A DNA stretch of 64,000 nucleotides, taken from NCBI GenBank assembly GCA_000320545.1, contig ADNK01001956.1:23238-87237 (forward strand), read 5' to 3'. Below, in pieces: positions 10,760 to 22,039 of this stretch (its first letter is position 1; each line of letters opens with the position of its first letter). Below the pieces are notes generated by a model. It worked only from the letters and a program-made list of their open reading frames with translations. It was not told the origin of the DNA and made no database searches. Source of the stretch: Bigelowiella natans CCMP2755 (taxonomy: Eukaryota; Protista; Cercozoa). Both the position numbers and the translations under genes were made by a program.

Positions 10760-13530
10760 GGAAAAATGGCGGGGATTTTTCCCGAATTTTTGGGCCACTG
10801 TGGCTGCGCAGCATGCTGCTGATGGGGATGCTGTGTGCCCAGCGCATGACGTGCATTGGCGCTCAATGATTGGCCAGTTTGGCATGCTCTGAACGACCCG
10901 CAAGCAAGCGGCAAGCTTTCTTCTTTGGCAGTTTGCTCATGCATGGTCACCTCACGTCACACGTTCATCAGGGTGTTGGTTTTGTGGACTCAAGCATTGT
11001 CAAAGCACACATCAGCACGGTTGTGTTGTCAGCGCTGCGCAATGCAACTGCACTGGTGGCGGACGAACTGCGTCAAGTGATGGATCAAGGGAACTCGATT
11101 GGGTCTCAGGATGTGACCAGGGACCATGTGGAGGGAGCTGAGGGCAAGGAGACCAAGTCAGAAAAATCGGAAGTTTGGACGGGAGGCAATGGGCTTCGGG
11201 AAGGTGTCCCGGTGGCTCAGCCCGTGGCTTCTGAGCGTTCACATGAGCTTGGAACGGGCGCCCGGCACTCCCTGACCGTGCAGGACGTTTTGGAGCAGTT
11301 TGGGAACTTGGGTGTTCACGACAGCCGACGGGTTGCAAAGTGTGTCTTGCACTGCGACGGCATCGATGAAAGTGTGGATGACTTGGTCAAAGTGATGACC
11401 AATGACTCATTGGAATCGCGGGAGTTTGCACTTTGTCGTTGCATGGACAAGGGGGCAACTTTGCGAACTTGGGCCTGCACGTTCAAGAAAAGCAGGGACC
11501 CGGATCGTGCTCCACCAGGCACGCTGGAGACGAAGGAGCGGAAGGCCAAGCAGCAGCCTTCTGTTCGGGACATCACGGGCGCCATCGACTCACTTCGACG
11601 GCACTGCCCGATCAAAGGGAAGCTGTGTGTGGCTGCTGTGAGTCCACCACAGTTTCGCAGGAAAGCTCGTGGGCTTTGTGATGAAATCAAAGCACGCGCT
11701 GCTTTGGTCGGTCAAACCGACTTGGGGTTCGGTTGCAAACGTTTCCAGACGTGTTCATCCTCTCGTGCGCTTGAGAGGCTTCGTCGGGAAGCAGTGAGGA
11801 ACCGGTGTGACTCAGAGACTCCAGAGGACCAGTTTGAGATGGCCCTGGAGCATCCATGCGATGAGGAGGACAAAGATGAGCTTCAACGGGACTTCGAGGA
11901 TGAGCTCGATTTTCTTCGTCGAAAGCGGCATCGCCACGTTGATGCGACACACCGGCAGTTCAGCGAGCTCACACTGGAGTTGCTGGGCCACGTTTTGGTC
12001 GTGCTGACAAGTTGCGGTGCTTTCAGCGCTTGTTGGCAGGCCATCAACCACGCGACAGGTTCATCGCGCCACTCAATGGGTTCAGGCCGCACGACGTCGA
12101 TGAGCTTGTCAAGCATTTGAGGCCGCTGGAGGAGAGCCATTGTGATTTCAAAGCTCACCCTCTTCATTCTGATGCTTCTGCAGTTGCAGGACCTGCGGTG
12201 CAGCGTGAATGCGTGCACTTCAAACGTGGGAAGTGTGATCACGGTGATGAGTGCAAACTTTTGCACACCAAGCAGCAGACCACAAGTGAGCAGAAATCCA
12301 GGAAGTGCACACTGGAGCAGCTTGATGGGATGAAGAGTCAAGACTGTCTGCTTCACTTGAAAGGCAAGTGCCATCGTGGGGACAAGTGCAAGTTCCGCCA
12401 CGGTGCTGGGAGTCTTGAAGCTGCTGGAGGGGTGCCTGTGGGCTTTTCCTCTCACACCTGTGAGGAGTCTGCCGATGCTCCCAAGCAAAACACGGAAGCA
12501 TCGCTCCTCCAGGTCAACTCCCAGTCACTTCCTGAGTTGATCAGAGAAAGTGAGCAGCGTCATCGTGAGCGAGACCCAAGTTTGAGGTCTCGGAAAAAAG
12601 TCAAGTGCTTCCTGCAGGCGGACGATGGCGCCGTTGCAGCACTTGGTCCAATCGACTGGTGTTGAACACCAGTGCAAATGGGTTCGTTCTGAAGCTTGCT
12701 GAAACTTCACTTTTGAACAAGCTCGTTTGCACTGGTGTTGAACACCAGTGATCGATGATGGGGCCCAACCTGCCACCACTTCAGAGGCTCCGTGCCAAAA
12801 GTCAAAATCGGCTGGTGTCAAGTTTGGCCACCGTCCGATGGTTGGGGAGGCAGGAGGCTCAAGTTCATCGATCAAAAGTGAAACTTTGCGAGAAGTCGAT
12901 TTTGCGGTCCAGATGAAAAAACACGAAAAGCATGGAGCGCACGTTGAGCTCCGCACTTGTGCTCTGGTGCTGTCTGGACCGGTCTCGCAGGACTTTGTGT
13001 TGGGCATTGGAACCCTTGACGTGAATGGCATTGACTCTGTTGAGGATCCTGACCCAGTGAAGCGAGTTGTGACGATTGGTGGTGAAATCGTTGGTTCACA
13101 TCCGTGCAGCGTTGACGTGATGTCAGCGACTGTTGCAACCGTCACGGGGATGGACATGCCTCCAATGGCGGCGGCTCCCGGCGAGGTTTGTGGCATGGAT
13201 GCAAGCCTTGCGGGAGAATTGCCGGGAGTGGAGGAGGCATCTGCATCGATCGTCAGTTGTGCGCAAAGAGCTGGCGGACACCGTGGATTGTGGTTTCGCA
13301 AGTGACCATGACCACGTGATCAAAGCACAAGCTGGCAAGGTTTGCCGGACATCGATGTCAAATCGATGGCAAATCCCATCGAATCTGGTGGAGTGCTTCT
13401 CCAGCGATCATCCAGCATTGTGCCGCTGTCAGAGTTTGGCGACCAACGTGCAGTCGCCAACTCTGACTTGGTGAGCGGCCACGTGCTGGACGTGCTCGAT
13501 CGCTTGGAGCGTGATCGAGGTGGTTGCAAA
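10760..13530 (+). mobile_element. Degenerate LTR-retrotransposon-like relic: gag-like region with two CCCH zinc fingers, then a retropepsin-like aspartic protease; truncated before RT
   Basis: CVHFKRGKCDHGDECKLLH and CLLHLKGKCHRGDKCKFRH fit C-x7-C-x5-C-x3-H. Protease-like IDDGA...DFVLGIGTL. Frameshifts present. No RT, integrase or LTR pair identified, so boundaries are approximate. Confidence 0.65.
12655..12749. mobile_element. 95-bp hairpin (MITE-like) insertion with a 5-bp target-site duplication
   Basis: Self-palindromic actggtgttgaacaccagt at both ends, with imperfect inverted arms inside. Flanks are AATCG (12650-12654) and GATCG (12750-12754). Deleting 100 bp joins ORF 12012 and ORF 12748 in frame. 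Confidence 0.8.
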
Positions 13531-14930
13531 GGAGGAGAGCAGCACCATCCTCAAGGACGCCATCGACACACACAGCCATCGGGGCAGAGTCAGTTTTCTC
13601 CCGAAGTGGAGTCTGGCACCAGGAGCTGGCTGCGTCTCCATCGAGGCTCTCGAGTCTGCGGTGGCAAGCGTTGGTGCTGTGCTTCTTGGCGTTGCGTGGT
13701 GATCTGTTGAGGTCACGTCTGAGGCGACTGGCCATGGGCACAAGTCGACGGTCTCCTTGTGAGATGAGGTGCTCGCATTCACGAAGTTGTGATCCAAGGG
13801 AGTCGACACAAGGACCATGATGGACGAAGGGTTTCCTGTTGGGGCGTTTTTTGCCAACTGCACGCCTGGCTTTTGCCAGGATGGTGTTGGTCACATCGAC
13901 GGGAAGGCATTCGTGCCATTCGTGGTTTGCAAGAGCTTGACCAAGGGCTTGCATGCGGTCCCCACGTTTGTTCCACGAACGTTCAGGCAGTGGTTGGGGC
14001 GGCTTCGTGCCCCATCGTGGGAACGCTGCTGCTTGTTGTTTGTGATCGCTGCCGAGGCCAGCGAGGGTGTCGCAGGACAGGAAAGTGGATGCCCCGCGTG
14101 CAATGGCTTCAGAGGTGCAGAATGTGTGGTCTGGGGATGAGAGTTGAACTTGGAGGACGTCATTGGTGCCAATGTGCTCCACTCTCGTGTGTTTCCCCAT
14201 CGCGACGTTCCACTCAAGGTCGACATGGTGTTCACCCAAATCGTTCATGGTTTGGGGAAGGTTTTCGCCTTCGCGGTTGGATTTCGAGTCCCCACGTGCT
14301 CCGATGATTCTGCCATTGAAGTCGCCTCCGGACAGGAAGCTGTCACGTTTTCGTTCGCCCATCAGGAGTGCACTGAGAGCCTCCCTGCGGCGGGCATCTC
14401 CAGCACAAGGCCAGCAGGCTGTGTGAAATGCCAGTTCATTGTTGCCAATTTCAAACCATGCGTTGAATTCATCATGGGAGAGGATTGATGGCGGGATCTT
14501 GCTCAAGATCCCCATTCCTCTGGGCCGCGTTTCATCCAATGCATGGCACTTGTGGTCGCCGCCTGAGACGTCTTCGTTTTGCAACTTGGCATCAAATGGA
14601 CACGCGACGTCAATTTTTTCTCTGGCAAGGGACTTGATTAGCAGGCTCCTCTCATTCCGCAGGCCACGCAAATCAAAGAAGGCTGCTTTCAATGGAATGT
14701 CCCTTGCAGCGGCGGGAAGGTGTGGGTGGACGAACGGTCACGCCAGCACGCGCTGCCCAGCTGTGGACGTTTGCGAAAATGGCAACTGGGCTGAAACCAC
14801 GATTGCATGAAACTTCATGAGACTTCGAACAAGAGGCGTTCCTCTTCATTAGCTCACTCAATGAATCTCATCGCAAACTCAACCCAGAGGCCAGAGTGGG
14901 GGCGCGCGGCGGCGACGTTCACGTGCGACC
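13530..14930 (-). mobile_element. Degenerate non-LTR retrotransposon (LINE) fragment: apurinic-endonuclease (APE/EEP) domain and linker, RT missing
   Basis: ORF 13358-14692 shows the APE motif order: FDLRGL (N-x-x-G), DVAC, GMGIL, CWP (Y-x-P), GGDFNG, SNREGENL, SSPDH (S-x-(I/L)-D-Y) and GSDH, followed by a basic helical linker. Confidence 0.85.
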
Positions 14931-15280
14931 TTCCCGGGAGACATTGATTTCATTTGTTGATTCGGCCTCCTACATGTACTCTCGAGATATTAATTTTATT
15001 TATTAATTCGGCCTCACTTGCTACCCCTCTCTCTCCCCATCGGGTACATTATTCACATAGATCTAGATCTTCTACTACTATAGATCTGGGAGGAGAGGAC
15101 AGACAATCTTTATTGCAGGTAAGTCAGGAAGGAAGCTAGGTTGTGGTGGCGGAAACGTTCATTGTAATCTGATGTGGATGACACAATTACTAACCGAAAG
15201 CTACAGCATCTGATCGATTTCATTCTCCAGGCAACTTGACGGGTCACTGGAGCACACAATAATCTGAATAATTTAGCATC

Positions 15281-15802
15281 ATGTTGTTGTTTGCAACCCC
15301 ACCTTCCACAACCCTGCTCTACCATCTGCTCCTCCTTGTCAACAACTTTGCCTATTCGTCATCATCAATGGAACTCAAACATGTGGTTTATATGTCTCGC
15401 CACGGAGTACGTTCGCCATACCCACCTGAATTTGGATACGAGGTGCGTGGGGAAGATACATGAATGAAAGCAAGTCGTTGTCGCTTCAATATTGACAGTG
15501 TTCCATGTGGTTGTTGTTATTACATTATTGTTACTTTTATTATTAGGCATATTCGAATAAACCCTTCCCAACTGCTGCAGATTGGGGAATGACGGGTATA
15601 CATTGTCAGCGATAAGTTGCAATGTTTATTCTCATACGAGTTGAGTGAATGTGTTGTTGTCAGATTATGACTACAATCACCAGTACCTTACAGCACATGG
15701 CAAGAAGCTGGTATGTACGTAGTATGAGCAACATTAGCAGCAGCAATAAACAGCAGGAGAGCATGAAACTGAGTAGTAATCTAACTTCAAAGAATAATAA
15801 TG

Positions 15803-15849
<47 letters not shown>

Positions 15850-16086
15850 ATGTACTATTTAGGTTCCTCTTATTGGAAGCTACTTTCGTCAACTTTACCA
15901 GTCTTCAGCACTCTTTTCAAATGAAAAACCTCATGGTAGAAGAATAGTCAAAGTTGTAGCCAATGTGGGGATGTGTGTTAAGATGCACCGTACCATAGAT
16001 AGAGAGAATATATTTTGTATTTGCCTATCATATGATTTCAATTGATAACTGGTGTTGTTTTAAAGTGATGATGATTATTATCCTCT

Positions 16087-16119
<33 letters not shown>

Positions 16120-16279
16120 TAGAATGCCCCACAACTTTGCAAGTTTATGCTGATGACTCTATAAGAGATGTCCAGGTGATTTGTTATTATCGGTAGGAGG
16201 AGAGGGAATAATAGCACCATTATATCTACGACGACATATAATTATATTTAAACATGTAGCCATCCTCTCTAAGTTGATG

Positions 16280-16327
<48 letters not shown>

Positions 16328-16387
16328 CAGACAGCGAGACTGTTCCTCGAAGGATTTTTGCCCGAATGTCATGTGGTAAGAAGCAGC

Positions 16388-16428
<41 letters not shown>

Positions 16429-16477
16429 TAGTGAGAAGACTTAAGAATTTAATATGCTGCGGCTGCTGGTGATGGTG

Positions 16478-16518
<41 letters not shown>

Positions 16519-17221
16519 GAACAGGAAGTTGCAGTCGCAAATGGGTCGCAAGCATTGATGGAACCTGTTTTGAGCGATCACTTCAACACCTCATGTCCCT
16601 TGGCGACATACGTAATGTAGAAGAAAAGCAACAACTCAAACAACTTTTAATGTATATATATAATATATATCTACCATTGATGGAATAACCACTGAATTAT
16701 CCTTGTCCATTATTCCATCACCATCACCAACAACAACAGCACCAACACCCTCACTTCTTCTCTCTTCCTCCTCCTCCTCATCATCATCTTCTTATTCTTT
16801 CACTAGGAGGAGATGAATGGAACATTTGGAGGTAATTTTCCAGCATTATCTGGGTTATACACCCCACAGATAAAGCTTGTTTCAGATATCCTTCAAACAG
16901 ATAAGGTGCTGCAGTGTTATTTTTTATGCTGGTGTGTACCATATCAACTAACTAATATTTTATAAATACTATTTGTTGTTGAATTAGGTTGCATGGAATG
17001 AGTCTGTGTGCTCAAAGGCAGGGCTTGCTCAAACTTATGAGGGAGAGAATTGCACTCTGGACAAATTACGTACAGAATGACAATGACAAGATAATTATGC
17101 AGTAAATCACGAGCATCTGACTTTTTCTCTTTTTATTCTTCAGCATTTCAGTACAACGGAGTATATTATCAAGGTAGTGAAAATATGACGTTAACATGCG
17201 GATGTTGATGGTGAAAGATGG

Positions 17222-17256
<35 letters not shown>

Positions 17257-18524
17257 GTCATCACGCACTTTTTCTATGTGTGTTTGATACTACAAGCGAC
17301 TGTTAGTATGTTGTGAAAGTTCCACCTTCCTCCTCTTCCTCCTCCTCCTCCTCCTCCTACTGCTATCACCATCAGGAATGGCATTATCTCCTTTATACTA
17401 TGCTAGCCAATTTGCAGAGACGTGGTTTTTCCAGTAAGTTACTGCTGTCTATAAAAGAGGAGAACAAAAAGAAGATCGATTACAACAACAACAACAAGAA
17501 GAAGAAGAAGAAGAGAATATTTGTTATCGTGAGTAGTCTACTATATCTGGAATTTAATAAACACATGTACACCCCCACTGTAATTATGGTTTGATGAAAA
17601 CATACTGCCTGCATCGTCATCGTTACGTTATTATCATCGTTGTCATCATTTGAAGTTCTACTACTACCACTACTACTACTACTGCTATATCTGTTGGCTT
17701 TTCTTCTTATGCTTATATTTGCTCTTATCATGGATTGAACCTATCTTGGATTATATGATAACAAATTGCCAATGATGATAATCATACTGACAATGACTGA
17801 TGATTATTATGCTCACTACTACAAGATATCTCTCTGGGTTGGAAAATTGGGTGGGTAGTATTAGAGGAGAGGAAGGAGAGGAGGAGAGGAGGCGAAGTGG
17901 AAGAGAAAGGAGGGTTGAGTATTATTCAAATATTATGGAATATACAATTATGTAAATGGGTATAAGCATAGTCGAGTTGAGTAATATCCAAATATTATAT
18001 CATATGTATAATCAGCATACTCTTGAATTTGTAGTCACGATGATAACATCATGCATCATCATGATCATCTTTTATTGGTTGATTGTTGTTCAGGGATTTA
18101 ACCAAATAAGCTATCTGGAACTTGCTGCTTTGTACAGGATGCATATTCAGGTGATGATAACAATTGATTCATTCATTCATTAATTAATTATTATCATGTA
18201 AAAACTACTACAATTTTATAAAAGTAGCTCAATACTAAGTTGTGGGTACTTAACTGATGAGAATCTACTAGAACAAGTTGGTGGTGCTCTTGTCTTTTCA
18301 TTAATTGTACGAAGGGCACTTGTCATCATCTTATCTAATCACTAATTCATTTCCATACATCATCATTATTATCTCGGCTGCTGCTGCTGCATCCATCCTA
18401 AACAATCAAGGTTATGGCATTTGGATCTAACTATTACAACTCCCTCAAGTATGCCTCGCAAACGCTCGGATTTATTCTTGCGGTACTGTGCTTTCTGCCT
18501 TTTCTTTTGACAATAAATGGAAAG

Positions 18525-18555
<31 letters not shown>

Positions 18556-20311
18556 GGGTGATGACAACGATAATGATGATGCATTTGCCTTTAATATAGG
18601 TTATGGAGCAAGTTGTTACCAACACAAAGATTCAAGGTTAGATGTGTGAAGATTTTATAATTCAATGACAGATGATGGTCTGAATATCTTAAAGAAGTCA
18701 AATCAACTCTATTAACTTAAGTGAAAATCTAATATTTGATGAAGGTTAGATGCGAAGATTTTGATAGTGGTGATTGTGATGATGATGGTGATAATGATGA
18801 ATATGATGATGATCGTGGGTGATAGAAAGGATGATGATAACGGTGACGATGATAATAGAATCCACGCCACCAATTCAATCATTATCATCATCGTCGTCGT
18901 CGTCGGAACAACGTTTATTCTTTTGTACAACTAAATACTCTTGAAAGGAGTTCCTGAAGCAGCTGACGATAAGGCTTTTACTCTGCTATTCAATCATGAT
19001 ACAAATGCTTTGTAAGAAGATAAAATTGCTAATATAATATGTTGTGAACAGCAACCTGTATTGGTCACGTACACACACAAACACACACTCTCTATCTTAT
19101 CGGAAAGCATTACGATCAAGTGCTATATATCTCTTTTTGTCTGTTTTCCTCCTCTCTCCTCCTCCTTAGGTACTTGAAACAACTACTAGATCTGGATTGG
19201 CTAGTAGAAACCTTTGCTTTGAATGTAGTTATACTAGTAGTAGGAAGTATAGTAGTATGAGCATATCATCAATATATCTTAGTAACAAGAGGAAAAGAGA
19301 GAAGGAGAGAAGAACAATATGCAGCATGTATGTGGTGGTGATATATGGTAATAGATATCATACAATCTACCTACCTACATGCCTCCTCTCCTAATGCTCA
19401 TGTTGTTGCTTAATCTGTAGTCTGCAAGCACTGCAGGAGCTCTTGTTTTCGAGCTCTACAAAGATGGTAGCAATAGTAGTACTAGCTTCTCCTACAATAA
19501 AATCTTATTTGTTGATGTTATTCAAAAAGGGGTATGTGATGTGATAAGAAGTTAATAGAAGGCATCATGGATGTGTTCATCTTTTGTCTTCATTATCATC
19601 ATCATCATCATCACCGTAATAGCAGTAGTGTTGTGTTATTATCACTTATTCGTTGTTTCCTCATTTTACTTCTGTGACGTCGTGAATGATGATAATAGAT
19701 AAAGGCGATTATTATGTGAGCTTGTACTATGCGGCTGCCACTCCAGAGCAGCAAAGATATAATCAAACGTAATAATCAATAATAATCACTACATCTGCTG
19801 GATATAGAAAATATACAATCAAAGGAAGAAAAGGAAGGATTGATGGTTGTTGATAAGGATGGAAGGAGCTCTTTCTCTTCCTTTGAATAAGCATTCATTA
19901 TCGTCTACTTCTTCATCATCTTCTTCATTGCATCATTAGCCAGCCAACAAGCTATTCAAGAAATGATTGATCATTATTATAATAATAACTGTTGTAACGA
20001 TGCTTTTTTATTTTATATTGAAAAACAAAATATAAGTGGTGTTAGAATGATTATTTGTGTAGGGGCAAAAAAAATGCAGTATATTAAATTGTATAATGTT
20101 TGTTGTTGTTGCTTTCCCACACACAGCTTGACACTTGAGAATCCGCCTTCAAAATCCCATATGATCATAAGGCCTTGTTCAAATCAACTCTGCCCGTAAG
20201 ATCGTCATATTATTATATTATATTATATTATATTATATTATAAGATGAATGATCTCTCTTGCTCTCATTCTTTCAATCCATCAAACTTTCTCCTCTTCTT
20301 TTCGTAGCAAG

Positions 20312-20350
<39 letters not shown>

Positions 20351-21521
20351 TAAAATAAACCCCATCATCATCATTATCTCATATCTGCTGTTTCAGGTAT
20401 AGCGAATTCAAACGCATCGTTTTGGACGTAATAGAGTTCAGGTGCATGGAAGAGCCGCTCAGGTACTACTTCTTTTGCTGCTGCTGCCACTCGGTTCATT
20501 TGGTAGTAGTAAAAATTGGTAATATATGTATTATGCTTGCTGCTTTTTCCATCATGCTATCATTGATTTGTTGTTGTTGTTGTTGATGATGATGATGATG
20601 TTTTGTTTGATCAGAGAATCCCTTGTGCAAATGTACCAGTCATTACAACATGCAGATGATGACGGCAATGAAAATTGTGACAACGTGGTCAAATCTTGGT
20701 ACGTATTACTTGTGTTACTCTTATGTACATAAGGAGAGAATAATTATCATGTAGTGGACCAATTTTGCTACGTTGACACACCATCATCATGTCTCAGATT
20801 TACTCCTTCCTTTTGGCCACAACTAGACCTCCTCTTCATAGCTTTCATCACAATCATCATCATCATCATCATTCTTAGGCGCATTTCCTTGATCGTCACA
20901 GCTACTATCGTAGGATTACTGATATTTGGAGGTTGAAAAAACAGAAGAGATGAAACACATCAGCATGATCTGTTGGTCTCACTTTCGTTGCTGCCGTTGT
21001 CATCATCATCATCATCATCTTAGTTGTTGATACTACTACTACTACTACTACTACTACCTGCTATGCAGCATTGAAGTTGAGTTATTATTTGTTAGGAATA
21101 GCATTCCTTCTAGGTCGTTATATTCTGGGACAAATGCAAGGAAGAGAAGGAAGCAGTGATTATAGGCAAGCTGCATTGAATAGTGTTGATGAGGGAGGTA
21201 CTACTAGTGCAATTAGTTGTTGTTGTTGTTGTTGTAATATAGCAGTGGTAGATAAAAGCATGACCACGAATATGCATTTTTGCACTCACTCTCTCACTAC
21301 TCACTTCTCCAATGTGTAACTAACCCATTCACCCAAACGATGAATATATTATTTCCTTACTTTAATCACATGATATTCCTACCAAATAGCCCCTCATTGC
21401 AATTATCATCATCAGCATGATCATCATCATCGTCATCATTCTGGATCAACCATTGTTAGTCACAGCTTCTTGCTTTTCTTCTTTTTCGTTTTCTTCTTCC
21501 AACCTTATCATGACTACGTAT

Positions 21522-21553
<32 letters not shown>

Positions 21554-21588
21554 TATCATCACAACTACCATCACCAGGACCTATCTGA
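15281..21588 (+). CDS. Histidine acid phosphatase (branch 2, phytase/glucose-1-phosphatase-like) with signal peptide and C-terminal TM segment; many short exons
   Basis: YMSRHGVRSP (RHGxRxP), LTAHGKKL, VYADDSIRDVQTARLFLEG, and LLFNHDTN (HD motif) near 18990. C-terminal hydrophobic ISLIVTATIVGLLIFGG/IAFLLG. Last exon assignment is tentative. Confidence 0.88.
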
Positions 21589-22039
21589 CTAGTACATCAA
21601 AGGAAAAGCTCTTCACTAATGAGTAAGTGTCACAAAAGCTATAGTACTCAAAGACGACGACAAGCTACGGAGAGGAAGCAGAAAGATGGAAAAGCATTCG
21701 AGGAGGGAAATCAATCACTGAATTATGACGCTCACAATGATGAGCTAAGGCCCATTTCGGCAACAAAGAAAGAAATGCTGCTCACCACCTATGGAAGCTG
21801 CATATCCTGCACCTTAAACACTAGTGCTAATAGTACTACTACTACTACTAGTAGTAGTAGTGTATCAAAACAAGTTTCGAGAGCAGACACTGACATTTTC
21901 AGGGATGTTATAACCGTATTTGTAAGTAATATTTATTTCAATCTAATTTTGAAGGGGAGAACAGATAGACGATGTGAGAATACACCTTTACTCAGCCGAT
22001 GATATTATCAATGAGTATTCCTGTGCTTTACACACAAGT

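Larger units (their letters stand above)
9860..14960. other. TpA-depleted island 1: nested transposon relics plus a CTAG-rich shoulder
   Basis: No TA found by reading between 10586 and 14638. In 9901-10590, 17 of 19 TAs lie in CTAG (manual count). Confidence 0.95.

Noticed and set aside
9860-10760. LTR and primer-binding site for the gag-protease element
   Set aside because: No second LTR copy or convincing tRNA-complementary PBS could be identified by eye.
10586-14638. CpG-methylation decay or classical RIP as the cause of the TG/CA excess
   Set aside because: CpG is plentiful here and TA is absent. RIP would increase TA, and CpG decay would remove CG.
10173-14861. Dense overlapping ORFs on all six frames, suggesting overlapping genes or an alternative genetic code
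   Set aside because: This follows from TA loss: TAA and TAG cannot occur, so frames stay open. Flanking genes use Tyr and all three stop codons normally.
9860-14960. Bacterial contamination or a horizontally acquired GC-rich island
   Set aside because: The content is eukaryotic retroelement relics with frameshifts, it grades into host DNA, and the signature recurs in four other islands.
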